DNA from: Trypanosoma brucei | Taxonomy: Eukaryota | Direction: 5' to 3' | Assembly: GCA_000002445.1 (NCBI GenBank) | Contig: CH464491.1 | Location: forward strand, 1,632,001-1,696,000 | DNA length: 64,000 nt | Part shown: positions 11,590 through 23,172 of the stretch, in pieces | How the letters are laid out: every line of letters begins with the position of its first letter | Numbering within the stretch: position 1 is the first letter of the stretch | Notes under the pieces: model-generated | The model's database searches: none | Told to the model about the DNA's origin: nothing | Seen by the model: only the letters and a program-made list of their open reading frames with translations | Program-made: the position numbers and the translations under genes

Positions 11590-13263
11590 ATGATGCACTT
11601 GTCGTTACAACTATGTAAGCCGAAGACACTGGCGCACATGTTCCGCAAGTTGAAACTGGCGGGTGCTCATCCGGATGTCTTATGGGCCGTTGACGCTCAG
11701 AAGGCACAACACAACAGTGAGGAGATGATACGACTAGAAACCATGATGCACCAGCGGAGCACCCCTGGTGCGAGTAATAATCGCCAGAGTACCGCAGAAA
11801 GTTTCACATTTTGGCTGACAGATAATCAACAGCAGCCCCGTGCATTCGCAGCGGGCCGCAGTTCATTGCGATCTGTTTCGTGCACCATAAATCCCATAGC
11901 CCCAACGCGCACAATCAAGCAGCAGTTGACTCAGTTGTTTCGCGATGCTGGTGTATACGAAGATTTTGAGATTGGTGGTGAGGGGGTTGAAATGAATCTT
12001 GAATCTGTCCTACGACAGGCGGACGAGCGGCAAGAGGAACACCTACAACAGTCCGGTACCTTGTACATTCGCGGGGACAAGTCTATTGAGATGTTGCGTC
12101 GTTTTGGTGTCTTGCTAATCATCGAGGAAGAAGGTGTCACATATTTAGTTACATTACCGGATGTTCTTGACAAACCTGTAGATGACACGCCATCAACATA
12201 CACTCCGGCTAGGAGTCTCATCGGCCCTGACGGTGAAATCGATCCCAGAGTTCAAGATTACATTCGTGATCGCGGGCTCCGTGCCTTCGATCTGCGGATG
12301 GCTGGGAGCCATTCGTCCGTTGAGCGCTTCGTTTCTGCATTTGAGCGACTTGAACGGCTATACGAAGTGCACCGCGGGCGTGCTATGCGCTCCTGCGTTT
12401 GTCTTGTCCTTTCAATCAAAGCGCCAAAGTGTTACGTGGCGGAGGATGGTTGTATTGTTCTTTCTGTACAGCAGATGCCCATGTGGGAGGAGTTTCTGCT
12501 TTCGCTTCCGCAAGAAGTGTGGCAAAGCTGCGTGCAGATGCACAGAGACTGGCGCGTCGGGAATGCACCAAAGTTTCACGAACGACAGCGCCAACTGATG
12601 AAGGTGGCAGACATGTTTCACTTCTTCCGCGTAAGACTTGACGGTTGTATCGGATCACAAACGGACTGGCAGCAGCAGTTCATACTTAGCATGCAAAAGG
12701 AGGAGATGATCGTACGGAACGCAGTGAAAAAGTATAACCTGAAGTCGGAGTTACTGAAGAGACGAGGCGAAATATGTGTATCGAATACCCTTCGTAGCGC
12801 TGTCGACCCCACGAAAGAAATAGGTTATCGGATTGGGGGAGATGGTCGTGTTTATTTCAATCATAGTGCGATGAATACAGGTCAAATGCTACGAGCACTC
12901 AAAGACAATCTTCGACGGCTTGAAACTTTTCAGAAACAGCACGACGACGCAGTAGCGACGCTGGAACACATGAGTCGCAGTATCCCCGTCGACTTCAGCG
13001 TGGATACCAACTGGAAACTTCGGGAAGAGGGAAATTTGGTAAGTTGTTTACAGCGGTTTGTCAGAACGATCAAGGCGAACCAAACTCAGCTTTCAGCATT
13101 CTTGACAATGCTGTTAAAGAAACGAGATGGTGCGGGAGCACCCAAGAAAAGAATGGTTTGGATCATTTCAGAAAGGTTTGACACACTTCCCAGTGGTGTT
13201 GTTTATATCCCATGGGACGTCGATTTTGACTCGATAAAAAAACATTTACTTCCCTCAGGGTGA
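11590..13263 (+). CDS. Hypothetical protein (557 aa)
   Basis: Long ATG-start ORF in the plus-strand block, same orientation as neighbours; no recognisable domain by eye. Confidence 0.5.
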   Translation: MMHLSLQLCKPKTLAHMFRKLKLAGAHPDVLWAVDAQKAQHNSEEMIRLETMMHQRSTPGASNNRQSTAESFTFWLTDNQQQPRAFAAGRSSLRSVSCTINPIAPTRTIKQQLTQLFRDAGVYEDFEIGGEGVEMNLESVLRQADERQEEHLQQSGTLYIRGDKSIEMLRRFGVLLIIEEEGVTYLVTLPDVLDKPVDDTPSTYTPARSLIGPDGEIDPRVQDYIRDRGLRAFDLRMAGSHSSVERFVSAFERLERLYEVHRGRAMRSCVCLVLSIKAPKCYVAEDGCIVLSVQQMPMWEEFLLSLPQEVWQSCVQMHRDWRVGNAPKFHERQRQLMKVADMFHFFRVRLDGCIGSQTDWQQQFILSMQKEEMIVRNAVKKYNLKSELLKRRGEICVSNTLRSAVDPTKEIGYRIGGDGRVYFNHSAMNTGQMLRALKDNLRRLETFQKQHDDAVATLEHMSRSIPVDFSVDTNWKLREEGNLVSCLQRFVRTIKANQTQLSAFLTMLLKKRDGAGAPKKRMVWIISERFDTLPSGVVYIPWDVDFDSIKKHLLPSG

Positions 13264-14794
13264 ACACAGAGTGAGTAACTGAGTTTCTATCTAGGTGATA
13301 TAGAAGGCGTTTTGAGCGTTTAAGCGATATCAATCGCGCGAGTAACCTTCGCAATGTTTTTGAAGAGTTGAGATTACGGGACTTGTCTCATGCCACAGTA
13401 AATGCTCTCGGGGCGTGACAAATTGCGTCGCATAGGCGCGTTTTTTATCCTATAACAATCTGGCTATCTTTGTTTCAGTCACTATTCGGGACGTATTGTT
13501 GTGAGGAAGAAATTCACCGAGGATTAGGACATATGTGAGGCGGTAGCGCGAAGCTATGTCCAACTGAAAGTTATTGTCTCCCACTGAAAGTTTAGATGTA
13601 CTGGTGCGGCTCGCACAACGCTTCCCAGGATTGTTGGGATTCCCTTGTACAAGGGCTTGATGGTACATGGAGCGGCTTACGTCTTGGCTACCCGGTGTTA
13701 TGTCTTGACTCCGTCCGTAGTTTCTGAGCAAAAATGTACCAATAATTACGGTGGAATTGTGTGTGACGCAGCGGCAATCATTTACCGTGGCCGCATGTAG
13801 CAAACACACTTGATGCAGCAGACAAATATGTGTCGCGGCACCTCTGTGGAGGTGCTCCGCACGCTAACGGTTTAACCTGCGATGTTTAGCATTTCCCTCC
13901 TTTGATTACCAGTGATCTGTGGCGCATAGTAGGGTGGCCACGTACCCTACGTGCCGTCTTAAACAGAAACTGCAAAGTGCGTAATTTCCACAAGGAGAGA
14001 CCGCTGAATGTATGTGTGACTTGCAGGTTCTTCTCTTTGCCGTCTCCGGAAATGAAGTCCTTTTTTGTTAATTCACCACAAAAGGTTGCGCAACACGTAG
14101 AGTGCACCGCTGTTGATGATGTCAAACAATGTTAATAACCTTGACTAGGGGCTTTAAAGGAGTGACGCTGCAAAATGACCCCTTTACTACGGAGCGAGAT
14201 ATGGTTGATTTGTCGATGGGCTTTAGTTGTGGGAAGTACTTACTTTATTTTTGTGAGGTCGGTCGATGCCACATTAATGTGTAGCTAATGAAGCCTTTCC
14301 GTAGCATTAACTGGGAATTTGTGCGGCCGGAGGCATGGAGGGGTGTTTTTAGTTGCTCACAAATGGTTGTTTAGCATCGCATGCGTTCTCAATCAGCCCT
14401 TTCTCATCAAAAAAAAAGGAATGAACTGTCAGAGTCGTTAAAATATGTGACCTTCGGGTCACTGGTTGTATTCAGTTCGCTGGTTCCGAGTCTGTAACAC
14501 ATCTTGACGTGAGATATCATTTACTGCTGCTTTTTTTTTTTAAAATGATGGGTGGGGGTTCATTATCGATTTTGGTCATACGTTCGGTTAATTCGTTCAC
14601 TCAGTGTACCGTGTTTTATTTGAATGTTTTGTTCCCTTTGAGCACTTTGTTTTCCCTTCCTACACCCATCCTTACAAATTACCCATGTCTATTACAACTC
14701 TCTGCTGAAAGGTTAAGTAGACGAGTCGATCCGCAGCTTCAGTGCATTATTTGCAAATCCTACAATTTACTAGGAAGCGGTAAAAAGATAGTTA

Positions 14795-15454
14795 ATGGCC
14801 ACTGCGCGGTCGTATTTTTACTACCTCGACGCCCATGGGAACCTCTTTCCCGTCACAGACATTAAAGGACTCATTGACGGTACAAATATTCCAGCAGGTC
14901 CAATACAACTGCGTGACCGGGCTTTTCTAGACTTCTTCTACTTGCGACTTAAGCGAAGTGATGTAGAAGATGCAGCGGCATGTTCTAACGTTAGTGACCG
15001 TAGGGAAGAGGGGGAATTACTGCTGCACAGTGGCGCAAAGCTAACGCCGCAGGAGGTAGTGCAACACTTTCCGTATGTGAGCATATGTGGTCCCGAAAGA
15101 AATTTCTTAAAGGCAGAGGAGGCCCCGTTAGTGTTTGTAAACTACACTTCTGGTCATCCAAAGTGCAAGCAGCAAAACGGAACCCTTGCGTTTGGCGAGT
15201 CGCTATGGGAGGACTTCCAGCCCCAGGCGCTGGTCGTTACACGGGAAGGTAAACTCTTTCATCCCATCACTAAACTCAAGAATCTTATAGCCACTCAAAA
15301 TGGCGCAGGTGATGCAGTTCCACGTGGCTTAGTTGAAGCTCAGGTCGTGAAGAAATTGGGGCTGGAGTTAGTTTGTGACAGCGCTAAAAGTGGATACTAC
15401 GTCCTTGAGTGGAAAGGACAGAAGCAGCGCATTCCGTATTTTGACGAACTGTGA
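14795..15454 (+). CDS. Hypothetical protein (219 aa)
   Basis: ATG-start ORF on the plus strand; no recognisable motif. Confidence 0.4.
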   Translation: MATARSYFYYLDAHGNLFPVTDIKGLIDGTNIPAGPIQLRDRAFLDFFYLRLKRSDVEDAAACSNVSDRREEGELLLHSGAKLTPQEVVQHFPYVSICGPERNFLKAEEAPLVFVNYTSGHPKCKQQNGTLAFGESLWEDFQPQALVVTREGKLFHPITKLKNLIATQNGAGDAVPRGLVEAQVVKKLGLELVCDSAKSGYYVLEWKGQKQRIPYFDEL

Positions 15455-15852
15455 ATAGGACAATGAATTTGTCCGTGAGAAATGATGCCCACCTTCTACA
15501 GATAACTTGCTTGTCCAAGCTGTGGAGTTTGTGACGTGTACACGCGCCTCTTAACTTCATGTATTTTATTTCAAACGAAACCCTCGTATCAATTGCGGCC
15601 TTCTTAACTACTGTGAGGCTCACTTCCGCCTCCACATTTATGCAGCCCAAGAGGTGTCCTCAACCTTCAGGACCAGTAGTGCCGACGCTTAGCTTGTTTT
15701 TTTCACTTTGAGTTTTAGGTTAATACCGTTAGGACTAAACTGGTAGGCTTTGCTGTTGGAAAGACTGAGTGTGTTGATTTGTCTCCAGGAAGGAAGGTCT
15801 CCATAGACGACTCTGGCACTGAAACTAGCCGAGGTCAGGGGATTGGGAATAC

Positions 15853-15876
15853 AATATATATATATATATATATATA
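15853..15876. repeat. (AT)12 microsatellite
   Basis: atatatatatatatatatatatat about 55 bp upstream of the ATG at 15931. Confidence 0.9.
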
Positions 15877-15930
15877 TTCATATATAATTTTTACCCCTCT
15901 CTCTATCCACCTGTGCGTGCGCAAAGTAAA

Positions 15931-16896
15931 ATGGAAACCAGTGGCCCTAAGACAGTTCCGGGGACGGATCTGTGTCACAGAGTGCTTTACGCTGCGGTGG
16001 TGGGTGATAACGCGAAAGGCTGTCTTCCGGGATCGGTTAAGAAGATGACACCAGATGGAGTTGTTATCGTTGACCATGTAATGCGATGCGCACGGTATTA
16101 TGTTCCTGGATTATGCCTCTCTGGATCCTTACCGACATCAAAATGCGAGTCCTTATTGGATTTTTCGGATCAAGTACCTCCATTAAGTGCAGAACCGCAG
16201 AAGCAAGAACTTATTGACAGGATACTGTACTACTCGAGCGAATTGGAAAGCAGGACGCAGCAATTAGAGTTAAGAAAGCAAGAGGTCCAATCTCTTCAAA
16301 ATAAGCTGCGTATTGTAAACAAAGAACTTAAGAGAAGAGGGATAGTCATAGCGGACACTCCTGAGCGTGGGTACACGAAGGGAAGCGACTTCAAGAAAGT
16401 GTACAGTCCGGATGACAGCTATATCGGGAACAACTTCCCCGCACCTCCAAATTCAAGGGACATTGGCAGTGATGACCCCACACGACCGCCGCTCCCTCCC
16501 CTCCGCATCGACGGCGATTTAAGATCGTATACTTCGCGCCCACCTCCCCCATACTCTGCAGAGCCACTTGTACCGCCTTTCATATCGTGTGCGCTACCAC
16601 CAAAAAGTTTGATCGCTGATCAACCAGGGGTGACGGCACTGCCGTCGGGGAGGCGGGTTCAACAGGCATTCGCAAAAATGGTCCAAAACTCCCGGAGACA
16701 TGATAACCCCGCAGCAGCCGGCTGCCAACCAGTCTCCAATAGGGACGGGTTGGTAGGCACCATACCACAAGCAGAGGGAGTGGAATCAATCAACGGAGTG
16801 GAGAGGTTTGGGAACGACGGCGCAGATAATAACTCGAGGAGGGAAGAGGAGGGTAATTCGGATGTCGCTGCTAAGAAGAGTCACTCCTACAAATAA
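15931..16896 (+). CDS. Hypothetical protein with coiled-coil centre and Pro-rich C-terminus
   Basis: Track start 15913 is GTG; first ATG is at 15931 (METSGPK...). (AT)12 microsatellite and a polypyrimidine tract lie immediately upstream. Heptad-like segment QQLELRKQEVQSLQNKLRIVNKELKRR, then PPLPPLRIDG / PPPPYSAEPLVPP. Confidence 0.45.
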   Translation: METSGPKTVPGTDLCHRVLYAAVVGDNAKGCLPGSVKKMTPDGVVIVDHVMRCARYYVPGLCLSGSLPTSKCESLLDFSDQVPPLSAEPQKQELIDRILYYSSELESRTQQLELRKQEVQSLQNKLRIVNKELKRRGIVIADTPERGYTKGSDFKKVYSPDDSYIGNNFPAPPNSRDIGSDDPTRPPLPPLRIDGDLRSYTSRPPPPYSAEPLVPPFISCALPPKSLIADQPGVTALPSGRRVQQAFAKMVQNSRRHDNPAAAGCQPVSNRDGLVGTIPQAEGVESINGVERFGNDGADNNSRREEEGNSDVAAKKSHSYK

Positions 16897-19069
16897 TATC
16901 AGGAGTGAGTGGTGGCGTTCGTACTCCGCCGCAGCTCGCTATGTATGGGTATGTGGCTGTGGTTTTTCCTTACCCCGTGACGGGTAGTGAATCACATTAC
17001 TGTTTCCCCATGCGAATGCACATGCAGGGGTGACTATTCTGATAAGTGAAGAACAAAACTGTAGTGGTTCGGATGGCTCTTTGGTACTTACTTGTGCCCC
17101 TAACAACTCGTTAACGCTGTCCTGACGATAACCGCGCTTGCGAAGTTGTTTTCGCATGGTAACAACGGGAGTGCTTCGGACAGGGAGCTCTGGCACTACT
17201 TCATCATATGTACCGTCCCTCTTTATTTTTTTTAAAAAAAGTGGACCACGATGTTCACCACTATATTGTGGGTGTGGGAACCTCTGTTCGCTATAGTGCC
17301 ACTGGCCGAGGTGAACAGCAAAAGGAAAAACAAAAAATAAATAAACTCTCATTGAGTTGAAGGCGCGCAGCGCTCGCAAGTGTTTCAGAGTGGAGATGCA
17401 TGCTGGTAGTCCTTCCTTATGTTTTCAGCCGCTGGGTACCCTCCCCCATGTCTCTGCCTTTCTAACCCTTTTCTGGCTCATAATCTGCAGCCCATAACGC
17501 GCGCACAATTACGCGATACCTTCGACGCCCTAGCAGTCCGGAAGATGTTCTAAAAGCCAACTTTACCAAAAGACTGTTAATGGGGCCAAATAACTGATTA
17601 AGACAGGTAACTCCGGGAAGGTGGTTAGAGTAATGGGATCTGTGTTTAGATGATTTTTGTTGCTGTTTTAATAAAAGTGACCCTTTGACCTCTTTGGAAC
17701 TCCCTTTCGCCTCATTGTGCGCTACAGACTCTTCTGCAAGTGTTCTAAACGAAAGGGAGTTAACTTATTGATATCGTGTTTCCATTTTGAGGGAGAAGAG
17801 AAGCATCAAAGAGTACAAGAAGGGATCCACCGGCACCTTGATCTCATCTTCATCTGTTTTCCCATGTTTTCTGGAGAAACCTAGTAGTGAAGATGTTGTG
17901 TTATGATATAGGAGGCAGTGAAAGCATTGAGTAAGGAAAAGTTGTTTTCCTTCTTTCCTCATCCCCATTGGTAATTGGCACGTAACGGCGTCACCACCCA
18001 TGTATCGGGGGCTTTCGCTGAGTGTTGGATGAATGTGTGTTCGGGGTGCGAGCAAGGATCAGCAACATTTGTCAGGTAGAAGATACCTTCTTAACTTCTC
18101 ATCAGAAATGTTGATTTTGCTTCATCTGCTTTAAGGACGAGGGGAAGTTTATGGAAGTGTGTGAGAAAACTTAAGGGGGTGGATTTGTTGTGGTGCAGGC
18201 AGAGGCTTAATCCCTGGTAACGTTTTTCCCTTTGATAAAGAACTGAGGACAAAGGGAGTTAGGAAATGATGTGGGATATCGTCTTCTCTTTACCCTTTGT
18301 ATGTGAGAGAGGCCCCATGGATGTGTTACACTGGGGTATTTGTTGTGTCTGATGGGCGGAGAAGCGTTAAACTAAAATTAGGTGCGTAATAACTGTGGCT
18401 GTGGTGGAATATTTCGTGCCAAGCAGGGCGACAGCATTTGCTTCCTTGAGATATAGAATCACGTGCTGCCATAATGATTAGGGGTAGCAAAAGTGCCTGG
18501 AACAGTCCTCAATGGGAGTGAAACTGGGAAGGGCACAAAACTTCTCCGAGTAGTCGCGCGTGATATTGTAGATCATGTATAAGCACTGTGAAGGTTTGTA
18601 GCTCCTAATCGGTTGTGAACACATACAACCTACCGGTGCTCATGTACATCTCGCTCGTCGTCCCTTCATATGAAGACAGTGTGAACAGTACATCTTTTTC
18701 CCCCAAGAGCCGCGCACTTCACAACCGTAATGGAAGCAAGTGTTAAAAGGAGTACCGAGCGCTGAATTATGGGAGGGATGTCCACAATATCTGAAGTTTT
18801 TTTAAAGTTTGGTGAATGTGCAGAGGCACATGTACACCGATTGCCGAGGGGCGGGGCGTCCCGGGCACGACATATCGAGGGCGTTCTAGCTTTGTGTTTG
18901 GTGTGGTATTTTGAGCACGTGGAAAATTTTGTTTACTTTCTTATTTTCCGCCACCCCCACGCCCTTTGAAGGGGGCTGCCCCATAGAAGCGTAACAACAC
19001 AACTTCATTCTACGTGCTTACTACACTTGGTTATAGGGGTTGCTTAGGAACAATTGGCGAGAAAACAAA

Positions 19070-22000
19070 ATGCTCACAACCTTCGATTTTGGTGTCAACA
19101 TCGATGAGGAGGAATGGGGAGTTCTCCACAACAAATTGCGCTCGTTTGTGTCTGGCCACGAAAAAATGCTGATGGACATTCAACAAACATTCAACCGTCG
19201 CTGGGACCCAACAGTGTGGGATGCCCATTCCGATACTGTGTTCCTGCAGCTCGGAGCGGAGGCACTGCGACACCTACTCGAGAAGGACCCGCCGGAGGAG
19301 GAAGACGACGAATTTAGCACATCGATAGCAGACGTTCTTGGGAGGACGCAGATACAAAATCGTCTTTTCTATCGAATAACACTGTGCTTCGCAGACCTTG
19401 CGCTTAAAATGGAGTCGCTCACGAAGGAGGCAAACGACCTGTTGCTGCCACCTCTTGCAATGTTTGACGATAACAACTGTCGGGATGGATGTGCCGAAGA
19501 AACTGAAGATGAAGAAACCGATGGTATTACCGATGAGGAAGCGCTTCGAGGAGCCGGTCGCATGTTAGGCGTTCTTCAAAAGGTATGGAGGTGGCTTAGG
19601 CGCGTGCAGAAGGTTGTTTGCCACGTGGTGCAGCAACTTGCGTCGCTTTATTCACCGCAACACAAGTGTGAAAATTATCGCTCGTTCTCTCGCGTGCGCT
19701 ATTTGCTGATCTGGCGCAAGCTTGCAGATCTTCTCGGGGCCGTTGTTTGCGTAGAAGAGGTTTTATACTCACACGACACACTTCGTTACGGTCTCTCGAT
19801 ATATCGTAAGCTGCTCGCGCAAGTGTCAAGGAACTTGGAGAAATTCGAATGCGACGAGGAAAAATTAGATCTTTTTTGCCACTTGCTGACAAAAATCGAC
19901 AAGGAGTTACTTGATGACGGAATACTAAAACGCATAACCGGACAAGCATTTGAAACAGGTTTCGTGGCCACTGCTGATGAACCGCCACTGGTTGTTACAA
20001 CAAACAAAAGGCTCTACGAAGAGTTCACGGACGTTCTAATTCAGTTCATAACCTCTGCTGAAGGGACTATTGGAACCATGCGGGGATATGATGAACGTGA
20101 GCGCTACGTTGGAGTCCTTGGGCTCTACTATATGTACCTCCGCTTGTTCTCTAGTGTGGCCGAAGAGTCGCACCGACGGGACATTTGTAACCGTATTTTT
20201 GCTTTGTATCGCAAGATTCCCATTGTTTACATACGTGGAATGCATTGCTTTCGTACTGCTCTGTGGTTCATTCGACGCCTGAATGCGGAGCTAAAACGAT
20301 TTCACCTCGATGCGGTGAAGGAGAGGACGTTGCTTGTTAAGCAGGAGTGCCAAAACAGCAAGTTAGCATTTCTTCCGCAGATGAACCGCTTTACGACACT
20401 TGTTAGCGTGTGGCTCGCGGAAATGGAGAGCACCGCTGCAGCCGCAAACCACTCGCAGCACGGGGAGTTTCTCCAGACAGTTGCGTTGGTGCTGCAGCGG
20501 GGTGTTTTTCTGGCACATAATGTCCGAAGATTAATTGTATATCACGTTGCCCTGCATGACTGCGCAGATGACGCTCTTTCTGTGCATGACGTTGATGGAA
20601 TATCCCAGGGTGTGCAGATGCTGATGATGATACGGGCTGCGTACCACGATAAAACAGGAGTAATTGCCGCTTCGTACAATGTGTTAGTGGGTCATATTAA
20701 ATATGTAATGGAGCAACATTTGTACGACATGTGCCTCGGAATGAGCAAAATTCCTCAGCGTAACAGCACTGCAGAAACCAAAGATCAGTACAGTGCCATC
20801 TGTATGGCACTTGATCTGCTGCGTAAACCACAAACACCCGAAAACGTCATGTGCATTGACCTTGTACTAAGTGTTGTGTTTCACAGGCAGAAAACAAACG
20901 GGACTTCTTCAACAGCTGCCCTAACCGCTGAGCACGGCGGTGGTACTCTTATCGCCTTCTCGCAACTTGGCCGCATAGCTTCATACCAAAAGTCGATTCA
21001 GGATGCAACTAACTGTGAGTTTTTGTACTGGCAGCGGGAAGTATTCTTTCCAACCTTCATCAAGCGGCTCTACCAAAAACCATTGAACTCCGAGTACATG
21101 CCATACACGATACTGGCAATGCACGATTGTGTCCCGTCTATTCTTTCCTCCAGGCACACCAAGAGCGCAAGGTCTCTGCTCGACGCTTATACTTCTTACA
21201 CGTGGGGGTGTATTCGCGAGCACCTTATCGAGCCGTTGTGTGTTGACATTGAAAACGACCTCCGTCTGTGTACCCACTCAGTCGTCTTGGGGCAGCCGTT
21301 TAGACAAATTGGGGCCTCGACACGCGCACGAGATATGGCACGGTTTACGCGGCTACCCCCGATCTGTCTTTTCAGTGAGTGGCTACACATTGCAACCGAA
21401 GTGGAGAAGCACTTGGACGAGAAATTTTATAATCTTAATGCCCTAATGGCCAATGATTGGAAGACATACGAGGAAATACGCAACTTGGCGCTCCAGCGGT
21501 ATGGATTGCGGATATGTGATGGATATCTTCCGGGTAGTATAGTTGATCAGGGACTCGATGTGCTTGTAATAACGGAGAACATACAAGTTTTTGTTGCTAA
21601 CTACACGTACAACATGAATGAACAACTCTTTGTGCAACGACCGTCGACTACAGAGTCGAAACATCTGCACACCCTGCATATTCGCCACATTGCCAATTCC
21701 ATACGGACACACGGAACTGGTATTATGAATACAACAGTAAACTATGTTTACAAGTGTCTCTTAAAGAAACTTGCTATACTTTCACAATTTCTTTGCGATG
21801 ACCACGTTAAGTCGAGGTTACTCAAAAATGCGAAGCTGCTGCACCACAAGAAGGAGGAGCGAAGCGTCGAGTACACGCTCGCGTGGGCAGAAAAATTTAT
21901 TCGTGAGATGCATAAGTTGGGAGTTGCGGATGACGGTCAAACTTTCCTCTCTAAATTTCGTCACCTCGTTTCGGAAATTGGCAACGCCCTAGCTTACATG

Positions 22001-22843
22001 AGGATGATGCGCAGCGGCGGTCTGCGTGCCGTCGCTGATTCTGCGGCTTTTGTACCGTTTGTTGATGCCGACGTTAGTCTGGAGCGGTTCGTTATCCCTG
22101 AATCCGATGAAGAAAATGAAGGCAATGGTGATAATAAGTCGAATGATGCTGACGGAAATTGTGAGAAAGGCAGCGACAGTGGTGAATGCAGGAAAAGCAG
22201 AGAAAAAGTACCGCAGTGTACCACTCAGGCGGTGCAAGTAGTCGATGGAGTCATTGGTAGCATGCGTGAGAAGTTGTCTGATGGCTCAGCGTACTTCCGC
22301 ATGCTTCTGGAGGCAGTGACCAAGCGCTTAAAAGGGGCCGTCAAGTACACTCATTTGAAAAACTTCTATCTCATTGTTCCACCCATATGTGTTCTGCACG
22401 TTGAAACCATGATACGGGAGAAAGAACAACTCGTCAAGAAGAACAAGGACGGTATATTTACGGATGACGGTTTTGCATTGGGGTGTTCTTTCTTGCTTAA
22501 ACTTTTTGGTGTGTGGAACCTTTTTGATTCACTACACTGGTTCGAAAACATACGGAAGCATTATGGGTCCCACCTCCAAGAGGTTCGTGAAGGGATTGCC
22601 AGACACGAACAAAAGATGAAAGCAAGCAAGAACGCAGCTGTTTGTTGGGAAGAAGAGGTCAACAACATGCATCTGACGTCTATGATGCTTGAATGTTCAC
22701 TGGGTGAGTATACCGCATTGGAGGAGGCTTTCGTGTCAAGCAAAGTTTTCTTCTACTTTGCGACGCCGGAGGACGCCAGCGGTGAGCTTCAAGATGATGA
22801 CAAGGACGAAAGTGAAGAAGGTACAGATGCAGATGAAGGCTAG
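19070..22843 (+). CDS. Large hypothetical protein (about 1257 aa) with acidic C-terminus
   Basis: Track start 19040 is TTG; first ATG is at 19070 (MLTTFDF...). Uninterrupted 3.8-kb frame; polypyrimidine tract 18927-18968 upstream; C-terminal DDDKDESEEGTDADEG. Confidence 0.6.
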   Translation: MLTTFDFGVNIDEEEWGVLHNKLRSFVSGHEKMLMDIQQTFNRRWDPTVWDAHSDTVFLQLGAEALRHLLEKDPPEEEDDEFSTSIADVLGRTQIQNRLFYRITLCFADLALKMESLTKEANDLLLPPLAMFDDNNCRDGCAEETEDEETDGITDEEALRGAGRMLGVLQKVWRWLRRVQKVVCHVVQQLASLYSPQHKCENYRSFSRVRYLLIWRKLADLLGAVVCVEEVLYSHDTLRYGLSIYRKLLAQVSRNLEKFECDEEKLDLFCHLLTKIDKELLDDGILKRITGQAFETGFVATADEPPLVVTTNKRLYEEFTDVLIQFITSAEGTIGTMRGYDERERYVGVLGLYYMYLRLFSSVAEESHRRDICNRIFALYRKIPIVYIRGMHCFRTALWFIRRLNAELKRFHLDAVKERTLLVKQECQNSKLAFLPQMNRFTTLVSVWLAEMESTAAAANHSQHGEFLQTVALVLQRGVFLAHNVRRLIVYHVALHDCADDALSVHDVDGISQGVQMLMMIRAAYHDKTGVIAASYNVLVGHIKYVMEQHLYDMCLGMSKIPQRNSTAETKDQYSAICMALDLLRKPQTPENVMCIDLVLSVVFHRQKTNGTSSTAALTAEHGGGTLIAFSQLGRIASYQKSIQDATNCEFLYWQREVFFPTFIKRLYQKPLNSEYMPYTILAMHDCVPSILSSRHTKSARSLLDAYTSYTWGCIREHLIEPLCVDIENDLRLCTHSVVLGQPFRQIGASTRARDMARFTRLPPICLFSEWLHIATEVEKHLDEKFYNLNALMANDWKTYEEIRNLALQRYGLRICDGYLPGSIVDQGLDVLVITENIQVFVANYTYNMNEQLFVQRPSTTESKHLHTLHIRHIANSIRTHGTGIMNTTVNYVYKCLLKKLAILSQFLCDDHVKSRLLKNAKLLHHKKEERSVEYTLAWAEKFIREMHKLGVADDGQTFLSKFRHLVSEIGNALAYMRMMRSGGLRAVADSAAFVPFVDADVSLERFVIPESDEENEGNGDNKSNDADGNCEKGSDSGECRKSREKVPQCTTQAVQVVDGVIGSMREKLSDGSAYFRMLLEAVTKRLKGAVKYTHLKNFYLIVPPICVLHVETMIREKEQLVKKNKDGIFTDDGFALGCSFLLKLFGVWNLFDSLHWFENIRKHYGSHLQEVREGIARHEQKMKASKNAAVCWEEEVNNMHLTSMMLECSLGEYTALEEAFVSSKVFFYFATPEDASGELQDDDKDESEEGTDADEG

Positions 22844-23172
22844 GGAAACGGTTGCTCCACCAAGTACCGCTTGTACTACAACACGGTGTTTGTACACACT
22901 TACCACCTTCGATGTTAAATCGGGTGGTGTGAAAACGTCAGGTGAGTTTCCTGCAGGTGGTGGGCCGAAACTGCCACGGGACCCGTTGCTTCACTATTTC
23001 GTAAAATCGCTCCACGGTTTTCTTTCAACTTGCTTGGTCGTGACATCCCAACGGCTAGTAACATTTAGCGCCAACAATAACTTCTTCTGCATCGCCACTG
23101 TATTTCCCACCCTTCACACTTCTCCCAGCGTTAAAAATAGTAAGTCGTTGGCATTAAGAGGAAAGACCGAAA

